A DNA stretch of 64,000 bases from a virus: the IMG/VR virus record IMGVR_UViG_3300045988_174665; one strand, 5' to 3'. Positions within the stretch are counted from its first letter, which is position 1. The number at the start of each line of letters is the position of its first letter. A program made the position numbers and the translations under genes. Below the pieces are notes generated by a model that did no database searches, was not told the origin of the DNA, and worked only from the letters and a program-made list of their open reading frames with translations. Shown here one piece after another: positions 34,049-42,759 of this stretch.

Positions 34049-34372
34049 TTAATCTACAAATTGATAACTTACACTATGAACTTTATAACTACTTGGATAA
34101 TTGTCAAGGTCAATTAAATATTCGATATGATGAATAAATTTTTCTAACAATTCTTCTGCGTTATCTTTAACTACTAAAAACATATCCGTTTTTAAAGTTG
34201 TAAAAAATATTGTATCATTAGGAATTTCTTCCATTTCAACGCTAGAAATTTCAATGATTTCTGGATACTTACCTAAATGAAATAAATACTCGATATGATG
34301 AGCAAATTTCTTAAAAGTTTCAATCGAATCTTTGTCAATACCAAGACAAATAGTAAGTTTAACATTCCTCAT
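34049..34372 (-). CDS. hypothetical protein with internal duplication
   Basis: FKKFAHHIEYLFHLGKYP and LEKFIHHIEYLIDLDNYP half-repeats. Confidence 0.5.
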   Translation of the reverse strand: MRNVKLTICLGIDKDSIETFKKFAHHIEYLFHLGKYPEIIEISSVEMEEIPNDTIFFTTLKTDMFLVVKDNAEELLEKFIHHIEYLIDLDNYPSSYKVHSVSYQFVD

Positions 34373-34413
34373 GGACCTTACTCTCACTTTCTTCTATATT
34401 ATAAAAGATTTGC

Positions 34414-34977
34414 TTAAAGGTCGTTAGGAATAAAAGTTTCCTCAACCTCGTCATTGGGGCGGTCAGAATACATAATAATCTCATCCAAGGTTAACGGAGT
34501 ATAATCAAAACCCTCCATCATACAACCACAATTATAAGCATTTTTTAATCCCATTAAATTAAAACATTTTGCAACTCTTTCAGCTTCTTTAGAATTATGC
34601 ACGTGACCATAAAGATGATATCCGCCGTAATGCATTCGGTTATAACTTAAAATTGGATAATGGCAAAGAACAACACTTCTACCATTATCAACCACCTCCA
34701 GATAAGAATGATATTCAACCTTTTCTTTTAACCACTTGCCATCGTGGTTGCCGCAGATTAAGATAATCTTTCCGTTTAATCGAGGAAGATAAGCAAGCAT
34801 ATCTTTTCTTTTCCAGAAGAAATCACCAAGAACATAAACAGTATCTTCGGGACTAACTGCTTTATTCCAGTTCTGAACCAAGGTTTCATTCATTTCTTCT
34901 ACTGAAGAAAAAGGTCTGTTATCAAATTTAATTGCATTTTCGTGTCCAAAATGGAGGTCAGAAATATAAAAATTCAT
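34414..34977 (-). CDS. calcineurin-like metallophosphoesterase
   Basis: DLHFGH, GDFF, GNHD and GHVH motifs. Confidence 0.8.
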   Translation of the reverse strand: MNFYISDLHFGHENAIKFDNRPFSSVEEMNETLVQNWNKAVSPEDTVYVLGDFFWKRKDMLAYLPRLNGKIILICGNHDGKWLKEKVEYHSYLEVVDNGRSVVLCHYPILSYNRMHYGGYHLYGHVHNSKEAERVAKCFNLMGLKNAYNCGCMMEGFDYTPLTLDEIIMYSDRPNDEVEETFIPNDL

Positions 34978-35012
34978 AAGTTTCCTCTTTTCTTTCTTTA
35001 TTTTCTATATAT

Positions 35013-35041
35013 ATTATATAAAAATTTTTTTAAAAAATCAA
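35013..35041 (-). promoter_or_regulatory. sigma70-type promoter
   Basis: Minus sense TTGATT-17-TATAAT with an ATATATAGAAAATAAAGAAAG leader. Confidence 0.65.
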
Positions 35042-35058
35042 GCTTTTTCTTAAAATTT

Positions 35059-35148
35059 TTAGAGGTAGAGAAAGATGCCCAAGAAAATGCCGACCCAAAT
35101 ACCTAAAACAAAAACGCCTGCCATTGTTACCCAGAATAATAAATCCAT
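35059..35148 (-). CDS. 29-aa hydrophobic peptide candidate
   Basis: MDLLFWVTMAGVFVLGIWVGIFLGIFLYL; GGAG RBS; below the ORF-track size cut-off. Confidence 0.3.
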   Translation of the reverse strand: MDLLFWVTMAGVFVLGIWVGIFLGIFLYL

Positions 35149-35230
35149 TTAATCCAACTCCACTTCTTTTAATTCACTTTTTAAACTCATTAAAACTTTA
35201 TTATACTTTTTATTTTAAAATCAATTAAAG

Positions 35231-35314
35231 TTATCTCTGCTTTAAGATGGCACAAATAAAAAAGCCAAACCAAAAGCCTCCCAGAAATAACATTATATTT
35301 ATAAACAAGCCCAT
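35231..35314 (-). CDS. 27-aa hydrophobic peptide candidate
   Basis: MGLFINIMLFLGGFWFGFFICAILKQR; follows 35320..35610 directly. Confidence 0.3.
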   Translation of the reverse strand: MGLFINIMLFLGGFWFGFFICAILKQR

Positions 35315-35319
35315 TTATA

Positions 35320-35610
35320 CTATACCTCCTTCTTCTCTTTTTCTTCAAGATACGGCTTTTCTTTACAGCACTGCCATTTTACACTTGAATAACTTTTGTC
35401 AAGAACCTTCCAAAATTCCCTATAAAGTCGCCGCAGTTCCTTCTTTCTTACTCTATCCTTTTTAGAGTTCATCATTAAATTGAGAGTCCTCCTCATTCCC
35501 TTCTTCTCCATCATTACTAAATATACTATAGGATAAGGGAATTGTAACCAATTGCGAACTCCTAATTTATCTCTTAAAATTTCTGGAGGTAACCATTTCT
35601 CTTTTCCCAT
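35320..35610 (-). CDS. basic hypothetical protein, tandem paralog of 35574..35873
   Basis: Shared SKK.R.RKK.L.R...E..K motif. Confidence 0.45.
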   Translation of the reverse strand: MGKEKWLPPEILRDKLGVRNWLQFPYPIVYLVMMEKKGMRRTLNLMMNSKKDRVRKKELRRLYREFWKVLDKSYSSVKWQCCKEKPYLEEKEKKEV

Positions 35611-35873
35611 TTTATCAACTCCTTCGCTACCCTATGAAGATTTTTCTTACGAGTTCTTTTCTTCTTGGAATGATAGCTTAAATGCAAAATATGTCCTTTT
35701 ACGCCCTTTTCTGCAATAAAAACATCAAGTAACTCATAGAAAGTTTTTAAAGGATGTGCTGGTTTTTCTGTCAATCTTAATTTTTCAATGATATATGACT
35801 GATTAGTATGAAGAAGTAATTCAGTTCTTACTTCATTTAATTTTAAAGGTGTATTTTTGTACCAAGTTATCAT
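35574..35873 (-). CDS. basic hypothetical protein
   Basis: ORF track. Confidence 0.45.
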   Translation of the reverse strand: MITWYKNTPLKLNEVRTELLLHTNQSYIIEKLRLTEKPAHPLKTFYELLDVFIAEKGVKGHILHLSYHSKKKRTRKKNLHRVAKELIKWEKRNGYLQKF

Positions 35874-35917
35874 TTAGCTCTTCCTTTCTTATCAATTTGT
35901 TAAGATTTAAAATTAAT

Positions 35918-36505
35918 TTAATCTTCTTTAACTTTAAAATCAAAACCATAAAGTCTTCGGGAGGGTTTATTACCTAAAGCGGTAATAATTTTTTCAGTCA
36001 CTTCTTTTTTAGACTGGGTGGTTGAAGCAATTCCCTTAATAATTTTTATTGTATATTTTAATGGCATTAAAACTCCATTAAAATAAACAAGAGTATTTTC
36101 ATTTATAACACACTTCTTTTCTTCTCCGTTTGTTGAAAAAGAAGCTTCTTGATAATCCAACTCATATTCTTCAATTTTGGTTAGTCTATCTCTTTTTGCT
36201 CTTTCTAAATTAGTTTCTCTTGTTACCCATTCAAGATTATTCAAACTATTATCCCTTTTATTATGATTTAAATGGTCAACAGTTAAGTCTTCGGCATTTG
36301 GAATAGGGCGAAAAGTTAATAAAACCAATCTATGAGCTAATTTCTTACCCGATTCAGTCTGAATGGCACAGTAGCCACTCTGATTAATTCGATAAGAAAG
36401 ATTTCTTTTTCGGCGGTCTTTAAAATGTCCTAAACTAGATACCCATACACCAAACTCTTTATTAAACTTCCAAGTTTCAAGACTAAAAATAATTTTAGGT
36501 AACAT
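35918..36505 (-). CDS. HNH homing endonuclease
   Basis: AHRLVLLTF...VDHLNHNKRDNSLNNLEWVTRETN (HNH core). Confidence 0.8.
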   Translation of the reverse strand: MLPKIIFSLETWKFNKEFGVWVSSLGHFKDRRKRNLSYRINQSGYCAIQTESGKKLAHRLVLLTFRPIPNAEDLTVDHLNHNKRDNSLNNLEWVTRETNLERAKRDRLTKIEEYELDYQEASFSTNGEEKKCVINENTLVYFNGVLMPLKYTIKIIKGIASTTQSKKEVTEKIITALGNKPSRRLYGFDFKVKED

Positions 36506-36539
36506 AAAATCAACCTTTCTTTTCTTATTTTCTATATAT

Positions 36540-36568
36540 ATTATATAAAAAATTTTTTAAAAAGTCAA
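36540..36568 (-). promoter_or_regulatory. sigma70-type promoter
   Basis: Minus sense TTGACT-17-TATAAT. Confidence 0.65.
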
Positions 36569-36583
36569 ATAAAAAATGGTGTA

Positions 36584-37285
36584 TTAAGATACACCATTTT
36601 CTCTATTCTTATACAATTGTACTTTTTCTTCTTCCCTTAAACCTCTTAAAGCTTCCATAATCTCTTCCTTAATCCCAGAACTATTTATCTTGTCAACAGC
36701 CGCATCTATCATTTCTGTATAACTTGCACCTAATGGCATATCATCAATTGCTTCTCCAACTATCTTATCAAGTTTATCCAAAGCTTCGTGTAAAGAAGGG
36801 GCTTCTTTAGTGGTTTCTTCTTTAGTGGTTTCTTCTTTAGTGGTTTCTTCTTCGGGAGTTTCTTCAAGAGTAGAAAATTCCCAAGAACCTCCATCTCCAT
36901 TTCCCCCAAAAGTTGGAACAGAAATCCACTTATAAAAATTGTCATCTTCTGTCTTATTCTTATCTTTATTCTCGTCCTTACAAGAAGAAAACCGAGAAGT
37001 TAATTCCTTTAAGGCTTTACCAGTGAAATTGGTTTGCACTGTCCAATCTTCTGTTTTTGGAAACTTTTCTTTAATCATCATTTGAGGCAGAGCATCATTC
37101 TTTTTACTATCTACCTTTTTTCTTGGGTTAGTAATAAACTCATAAAACTCTTTTTCACATTCTGGACAAAGCACAGGACTTTCTTTCTCGAATCTTATAA
37201 AAACTTTCCTCATTTCACCATCAAAATCATTAGATGAAATTGTTTCAAACAGGTTGCCGCAACGGTCACAAAAAACTTTAATCAT
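36584..37285 (-). CDS. zinc-ribbon protein with EETTK repeats
   Basis: CDRCG ... CPECE at the N-terminus; three EETTKE repeats. Confidence 0.5.
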   Translation of the reverse strand: MIKVFCDRCGNLFETISSNDFDGEMRKVFIRFEKESPVLCPECEKEFYEFITNPRKKVDSKKNDALPQMMIKEKFPKTEDWTVQTNFTGKALKELTSRFSSCKDENKDKNKTEDDNFYKWISVPTFGGNGDGGSWEFSTLEETPEEETTKEETTKEETTKEAPSLHEALDKLDKIVGEAIDDMPLGASYTEMIDAAVDKINSSGIKEEIMEALRGLREEEKVQLYKNRENGVS

Positions 37286-37300
37286 TATAAACCTCCAAAT

Positions 37301-37960
37301 TTACCAATTTACATAAACATCTAATACGCCCGAGGCACAGCCGCAGTCATAAATTTTTCCCATTTTTCCAAAGGGAGTACTTACAACTGTACCCTTACTT
37401 AAATCTGATGAAGCCAAACAAATATATCCGTCTCCATCACACACAAAACCGTCACCGTCGGTATGACGATAAGGTATATTTAATCCATAACCCGGCAATA
37501 TCCTTTCGGAATACCAAGTCCATTTATAACCTCCCCAATACAATACTCCAGAATATTGTAAATCTGTAGGATTATAATAAGTTTCTATCTTATTGTAATT
37601 TTCTTCTTCAACCTCAACCTCAACAGGCTTAGTTGCCTCAACTTCTTCAACAATCTTTTGTTCTGGAGCTTTTTCTTCGATTTTCTTTTCTTCTTTCTTC
37701 TCTTCTTTCTTTTTTTCTTTCTTTTCTTCTTTCTTCTGAGAAACCTTTGTTGGTTTTTGTGTTGTAGAAATTCCTTGAGTTGTTGGTTGTGTTTTCTCCA
37801 CTTTTTTTGTAGTGGGTTGCGTTACTTTACTTTCTATTACTTTAGTAGAAACGGTGGCATTAGACTCTTCTCCTTTATTTGTTTGAGTACTACAGGCACA
37901 AACAGTAAATAATGTAAAAATTACCATAAGTGCAGTTATAAGTTGAACTATATTTTTCAA
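37301..37960 (-). CDS. lipoprotein with C-terminal 3D/DPBB-like domain (possible cell-wall enzyme)
   Basis: LFTVCAC lipobox, K/E-rich linker, then ...DGDGFVCDGDGYICLASS..SKGTVVSTPFGKMGKIYDCG....LDVYV. Confidence 0.5.
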   Translation of the reverse strand: MKNIVQLITALMVIFTLFTVCACSTQTNKGEESNATVSTKVIESKVTQPTTKKVEKTQPTTQGISTTQKPTKVSQKKEEKKEKKKEEKKEEKKIEEKAPEQKIVEEVEATKPVEVEVEEENYNKIETYYNPTDLQYSGVLYWGGYKWTWYSERILPGYGLNIPYRHTDGDGFVCDGDGYICLASSDLSKGTVVSTPFGKMGKIYDCGCASGVLDVYVNW

Positions 37961-37974
37961 ATAAACACTCCTTA

Positions 37975-38901
37975 TTAATGTGCCAATACATCATAAGTAG
38001 AAATTACACTTAAATCTTTATAAATATTATTACCAATAAGGGCTTTGAATTTCTCTTTAGATGTCTGACTTTTTCTTAATCTTAATTCCATATGAAATTG
38101 AATTAAAACTGTTATATATAAATCTCTTTCGAGAATTGTTTTATACATATCGTGATGATAAGGAACTGTCGTTTTATTAACTAAATATGCGTATGCAGAA
38201 ACAAATTGATGGTTATAATAATGAGATATTCCTTTATCATCTTTAGTTTCCGTAAATATCTTTCCAATATCGTGATACTGTAAAACTTCTACAAGAATGT
38301 CTTTTTCATAATTTTCTTTTGCTAAAGTAGCCGCAGTATCCATATGTAATCCGATTGGAAAAGAATGATGTGGATTGTTATGATTGATTGTTCGTGAAAT
38401 ACTTAATAGACTATCTAAATCCTGTGTTGGCAAAAGGTTATTCTTATTTTGAATGATTCTAATATCATCCCAACCTTCATAGTAATAAGGAACAGTAAAA
38501 TGCTGTAGCTGTTTGTAAATTACTTCAGCTGGAACAACAACCTCTCGGGTTGAATCTGCTTTTCTTTTAAAAATTTCCTTTAAAGATGCAATTGCCACTA
38601 CACATATCTTTTTACACGGTATTTTTTCAATACTTTTTAAAAAGTGAACTCGTCTTTTAAAGCTGAGATTTGTTGCATCATAAATAACATTTTTGCCCTC
38701 TTTTAAATCCGCAATAACACGATTTCCTAACTTTGAAAAAATCTTTTGCGGGTTCGCTTGTATATTGGCATCACCATAAAGCTCCTTTCTAATAGCATCA
38801 GAGGAATGAATGACGCCATTATATTTAATTGCAATTTCTTTTGCTAAAGTTGACTTGCCGCTGTAGCTAAGTCCAACCATCATAATAAAATAATTCGTCA
38901 T
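37975..38901 (-). CDS. P-loop polynucleotide-kinase-like / HD phosphohydrolase fusion
   Basis: Walker A GLSYSGKST at the N-terminus; HHSFP...QYHDIGK HD motif in the C-terminal half. Confidence 0.7.
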   Translation of the reverse strand: MTNYFIMMVGLSYSGKSTLAKEIAIKYNGVIHSSDAIRKELYGDANIQANPQKIFSKLGNRVIADLKEGKNVIYDATNLSFKRRVHFLKSIEKIPCKKICVVAIASLKEIFKRKADSTREVVVPAEVIYKQLQHFTVPYYYEGWDDIRIIQNKNNLLPTQDLDSLLSISRTINHNNPHHSFPIGLHMDTAATLAKENYEKDILVEVLQYHDIGKIFTETKDDKGISHYYNHQFVSAYAYLVNKTTVPYHHDMYKTILERDLYITVLIQFHMELRLRKSQTSKEKFKALIGNNIYKDLSVISTYDVLAH

Positions 38902-38915
38902 TTCTCTTTCTCTCC

Positions 38916-39734
38916 TTAACCAAAATAACCACTATAATCTAAGATTACTGGCTGATTAGTTTTAAAATCAAAACCTACATTACCTGCGTGAATATCATTT
39001 ATATGCATCTCATTAATAAAAATGGACAATTCTTCAAAATCCTGCCAATTCAAGCGGTTCTGAAAAAGATTGTCAATTGCAATATTATCCCCAACCTCTC
39101 CTTTTTCAGATGGAGTTGACCAAGAAACCAGTGATGAGGGAGCCTTAGAACAGGGAGTACAAAAAACATAAGAACCTGTACAATATCCCTCTTCACTATC
39201 GTATCTCTGCTCGTGAGCATAATACTTTTCTACCTCTTCAGTGCAAACCCTTACTCTTTCAGAGATATAAAAAGGATAACCATAAAAATATCCTAAAAAA
39301 TAAGTTCCCGCAAAGCATTGCCTTACTTGTGAAAAATCAGCTTCCAGAATTTGAGTTAAGATAGCTTCTTTTTTACAATAATCAATTGCTTCTTTGTAGT
39401 CATCTTTAGTAAGATTATGATAATCTTTATTAAAGTTACTAATCAAATGAGAAGTATATTCCTCATTTGGAATTGTACAATTTCTTTCATCAGTAAAAGG
39501 AACTTTAATTACATAATCTTTACCAAACTGGTATTTTATAATAATAACCCCTTTTGTTGCCCCACTGTCACTTTCATACCAAGCGTTACCAGTTTCATAT
39601 CTTCCGAAAGCTTTCCTTTGCCAGTTATGAAAACTGGTACTTGTGCCATTAAGTATAAAAGTATCAAAAGAATACTTTTTTACCAAGTCTTCAATTACTT
39701 TTTTAAAAAATAAACGAACTTTATTTTCAATCAT
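38916..39734 (-). CDS. hypothetical protein, possible kinase-like fold
   Basis: C-terminal NDIHAGNVGFD...ILDYSG resembles the catalytic-loop/DxG of small-molecule kinases. Confidence 0.35.
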   Translation of the reverse strand: MIENKVRLFFKKVIEDLVKKYSFDTFILNGTSTSFHNWQRKAFGRYETGNAWYESDSGATKGVIIIKYQFGKDYVIKVPFTDERNCTIPNEEYTSHLISNFNKDYHNLTKDDYKEAIDYCKKEAILTQILEADFSQVRQCFAGTYFLGYFYGYPFYISERVRVCTEEVEKYYAHEQRYDSEEGYCTGSYVFCTPCSKAPSSLVSWSTPSEKGEVGDNIAIDNLFQNRLNWQDFEELSIFINEMHINDIHAGNVGFDFKTNQPVILDYSGYFG

Positions 39735-39766
39735 TCTTTTCTCGCCTTTCTTTATTTTCTATATAT

Positions 39767-39795
39767 ATTATATAAAAAATTTTTTAAAAAAACAA
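39767..39795 (-). promoter_or_regulatory. sigma70-type promoter
   Basis: Minus sense TTGTTT-17-TATAAT. Confidence 0.5.
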
Positions 39796-39798
39796 GTT

Positions 39799-40051
39799 TT
39801 AAAAAATTACCTGATATGAAACACCATAATTAATAATTGAACAAGATAAATCAATTTTATTTTTAAAAGCTATCTTAAATACCTGACATATAGAAGGAGG
39901 GAATAAGGAAAACTCTGGTGAATACTGAATATAGACCTTAAAAAATTTCAAAAATTTTCTGCTGTTTTTTAGGAGTGACTTTAAAGCAATCACCACCAAC
40001 CTCTTGTGTGAATATGTTTTTCTTTAAAAAAATATAATCTCCTATCTTCAT
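39799..40051 (-). pseudogene. small gene interrupted by a 1-nt frameshift in a T6 run
   Basis: MKIGDYIFLKKNIFTQEVGGDCFKVTPKKQQKIFEIF | KVYIQYSPEF...YQVIF. The frames join at plus-strand A6 39940-39945. ATGA overlap with the upstream gene. Confidence 0.4.
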
Positions 40052-40920
40052 TTTAATGCTCCTTTCTCCTTCATTTCTGTTAATCTTACTGCTACTTCTA
40101 CAGTTATAGTATCAAAATACTCAAGAAAAATCTGTTGCAAAAGTCCTGATGCGTTTTTTTCTGACCATTTTTTATCTGTGTCTAAAGTATAGGTTTTATC
40201 GTCTTCAAATAATTCTATCGAAGGAATCTCATAAAATTTTTCTGGCGACAAATCTTCTTTAAATATATTGATTAAATTATTAACATTAGAAAAAGTGATT
40301 GCTTTATATTCTTCTGCATTATATTTATATTCAAGAATCATGCGAGAAGAAAAACCAGAAAAATTTGTGTACATTTCTGAAATTGAGACACCGTCGAAAA
40401 TTGCAAATAACCAATTAATATGGTAAAAAACTCTATACCACTTTTGTTTGCAACGAGAACAACTAGTTATCATTCCCATCACTTGACGATAAAGAACAGA
40501 ATAATTTTGAAAAAATACCTGATTAACTTTTGATTTAAGCTGTTCGTAAAATTCTTTATATAATGGATTAACTCTTATTGTGCTACTTAGAATTGGTTCA
40601 AAATAGGTAAAATTTCCTTTAAAGAAACTTGTAATAAACTTTCTGATATCAACAGTCTTAATCTTTCCATTATTTACTACAAGCTCATGGCAATCAATCT
40701 GTTTGTTTAGACAAAATTCTTCATAGGTTGGAAAAATGACCGCCACAGCATCATAATCACTTAGATTTGTTGCTAATTCATAATTTTGACTGCCAATTAA
40801 AGATATAAAGAAAATTTCTCTGCCACCGTCGCTTAAAATTTTTTCATAACCCCTTAATATTGCATCTACTTTATCTGCATAGTCCTTATTTAACAGACTT
40901 ACCCTATCGTATCTATACAT
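40048..40920 (-). CDS. Pol-beta-superfamily nucleotidyltransferase (RNA-repair-associated type)
   Basis: LIGSQNYELATNLSDYD matches the GS..Y(G/E)....SD.D motif. Confidence 0.6.
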   Translation of the reverse strand: MYRYDRVSLLNKDYADKVDAILRGYEKILSDGGREIFFISLIGSQNYELATNLSDYDAVAVIFPTYEEFCLNKQIDCHELVVNNGKIKTVDIRKFITSFFKGNFTYFEPILSSTIRVNPLYKEFYEQLKSKVNQVFFQNYSVLYRQVMGMITSCSRCKQKWYRVFYHINWLFAIFDGVSISEMYTNFSGFSSRMILEYKYNAEEYKAITFSNVNNLINIFKEDLSPEKFYEIPSIELFEDDKTYTLDTDKKWSEKNASGLLQQIFLEYFDTITVEVAVRLTEMKEKGALK

Positions 40921-40949
40921 TTTTTCGCCCCTTTTTATTTTCTATATAT

Positions 40950-40978
40950 ATTATATAAAAAATTTTTTAAAAAAGCAA
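40950..40978 (-). promoter_or_regulatory. sigma70-type promoter
   Basis: Minus sense TTGCTT-17-TATAAT. Confidence 0.55.
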
Positions 40979-40979
40979 A

Positions 40980-41001
40980 AAAAGAGAGGTTAACCTCTCT
41001 T
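40980..41001. terminator. hairpin terminator
   Basis: AAAGAGAGG-TTAA-CCTCTCTTT. Confidence 0.55.
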
Positions 41002-42194
41002 TAATCGTGATGCTTAAGCAGATATTCTCTCGAAACATTTTTAAAGCTAAAATCAGTCTTTGGATTTCTCAATACAATTCCCTCTCTATATACAGAAGGA
41101 TTAACAACCGACTTCGCAGTCGCAACTTTCTTAAATTCGTCCAAATCTTTAGGAAGCTTATAATGAGCATCGAGAATTGGGACAAATTTCATTCCCATTT
41201 CATTTACCACCAATTGTGCCTCAGTAGAAGGTACTCTACCTCTGTCTGAACGAATAAAATTAAAGATGTATAAATCATCTTCTTTGAGCTTCAAAGGATT
41301 ACCTTGAACGCTGCCTACAGATTCGCCTTGAACACAAACATAATCAAGCTCAGGATTCTGTTTTAAATATGTTTCAAGTTGCTCTCTAATATGGTATTTA
41401 AAAGCCATATCCCAATAAATGTTATGGTCGTGATAGCAATTTTGTTTCTCATCTTTCTGTCTTATATTTCGAGAAAGAACATAAAATTCAAACTTATTTC
41501 TTCTCTTCTTTTTTCTTTCAAGAATATAAGTTGAAGAAGTACCGTCCAACTTCTCAGTTACAATCCAATCATCCTCATTATTAAGAATAAAGGGAATGTT
41601 CTCAACTCTCTCTTCGTCGGTTTTATGAATATAAGGGAAGTGAGTTGGAAAAGCCTTTGGACTATCTTTCTTTTTGCCCAAAAAGACAAAGAGAAGTTTT
41701 CTACCCCACTCCCTCTTCATAAGCCAACGGAATGGCTTCTTTTTCATAATATTTTTATGTCTTGCCGCCATTGACATATATTTAATATCTTTAGCTTTGT
41801 TAGCCTTACGAATATTATCATCTTGAGAAATATAAGTTACTCCAAGCTTCTGTCCAACATCAGAATGAAGTGGTAAATCTTTAAATTCTGGAAAAGCAGA
41901 CAGCGGCATTAGAAGTCCTTGTGAAATAACTTTACACATTCTTTGAGTCTTTACTTTAAAATTACGCTTTGCCATAAAAGTAAATCTCTCATCGTTGTCA
42001 GGAACTTTTGAGTCAATTTCAAAGTAAATACCTTTCTTTTTAGTTTCGTCATTAGGGTCAAAGTCGCCCTTTCCTACTACGCAATGCCAGCCACCAACAG
42101 TTGCTAATTCAACCCTATCGTAACCTTCCAATGGAGTGACCTTATCAACCTCTACAATATAAGCTAACATTCTCTCGCCTTTTTCGTTTAACAT
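41001..42194 (-). CDS. ATP-dependent RNA ligase (DRB0094-like)
   Basis: N-terminal OB-like AYIVEVDKVTPLEGYDRVELATVGGWHCVV; adenylyltransferase motif I TEKLDGTS. Confidence 0.8.
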   Translation of the reverse strand: MLNEKGERMLAYIVEVDKVTPLEGYDRVELATVGGWHCVVGKGDFDPNDETKKKGIYFEIDSKVPDNDERFTFMAKRNFKVKTQRMCKVISQGLLMPLSAFPEFKDLPLHSDVGQKLGVTYISQDDNIRKANKAKDIKYMSMAARHKNIMKKKPFRWLMKREWGRKLLFVFLGKKKDSPKAFPTHFPYIHKTDEERVENIPFILNNEDDWIVTEKLDGTSSTYILERKKKRRNKFEFYVLSRNIRQKDEKQNCYHDHNIYWDMAFKYHIREQLETYLKQNPELDYVCVQGESVGSVQGNPLKLKEDDLYIFNFIRSDRGRVPSTEAQLVVNEMGMKFVPILDAHYKLPKDLDEFKKVATAKSVVNPSVYREGIVLRNPKTDFSFKNVSREYLLKHHD

Positions 42195-42460
42195 TATACA
42201 TCATCCTTCCATTTTTTCGTTCTCATTTCAATAATATAATCTATTACTTTTTCATATTCTGTTTCTGTTAAAGAAAGTAGTGGCACGACTGTCTTATCAA
42301 AATTTGAAAAACCCGCCATTTTCATAAAGTCATTAACAAATTCTCCGATTACCCTATAGGTATCAATTCCCAATTCGGGGTATGTATCTCTTGATACTCT
42401 ACTCACTGTTTTAGAACCAATCTCATTGGTATTTTCATAGCTCATTTTTAACTTAATCAT
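42194..42460 (-). CDS. hypothetical protein
   Basis: ORF track. Confidence 0.45.
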   Translation of the reverse strand: MIKLKMSYENTNEIGSKTVSRVSRDTYPELGIDTYRVIGEFVNDFMKMAGFSNFDKTVVPLLSLTETEYEKVIDYIIEMRTKKWKDDV

Positions 42461-42698
42461 TTTTATAATCCTCCAACTTAACGAGTTTTAAAACTCGATA
42501 GACCTCGGGAGGTACAAAACCAAGTTTTTGCAAATCTTCATCCTTTTCTATTTGGTGGTATACAGAAATTCCATCTTCAAGAAAAACAATACTATCTCCT
42601 ACAATAAGTTCTGACCAATTAACAGCGTCACTTAATTCAAATAACTGACCGTCAATTTTTAAAACTATATTATCAAACTTTATTGGTCTGGTTATCAT
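42453..42698 (-). CDS. hypothetical protein
   Basis: Start moved to MITRPIK because the ORF-track N-terminus overlaps the promoter. Confidence 0.45.
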   Translation of the reverse strand: MITRPIKFDNIVLKIDGQLFELSDAVNWSELIVGDSIVFLEDGISVYHQIEKDEDLQKLGFVPPEVYRVLKLVKLEDYKND

Positions 42699-42729
42699 TT
42701 TAAAACTCCTTTTCTTATTTTCTATAAAT

Positions 42730-42758
42730 ATTATATAGAATTTTTTTAAAAAAAGCAA
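42730..42758 (-). promoter_or_regulatory. sigma70-type promoter
   Basis: Minus sense TTGCTT-17-TATAAT. Confidence 0.55.
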
Positions 42759-42759
42759 A

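Noticed and set aside
35247-35465. Plus-strand ORF of 72 aa.
   Set aside because: It is antisense to 35320..35610 and to the 27-aa peptide ORF, with no promoter or RBS.
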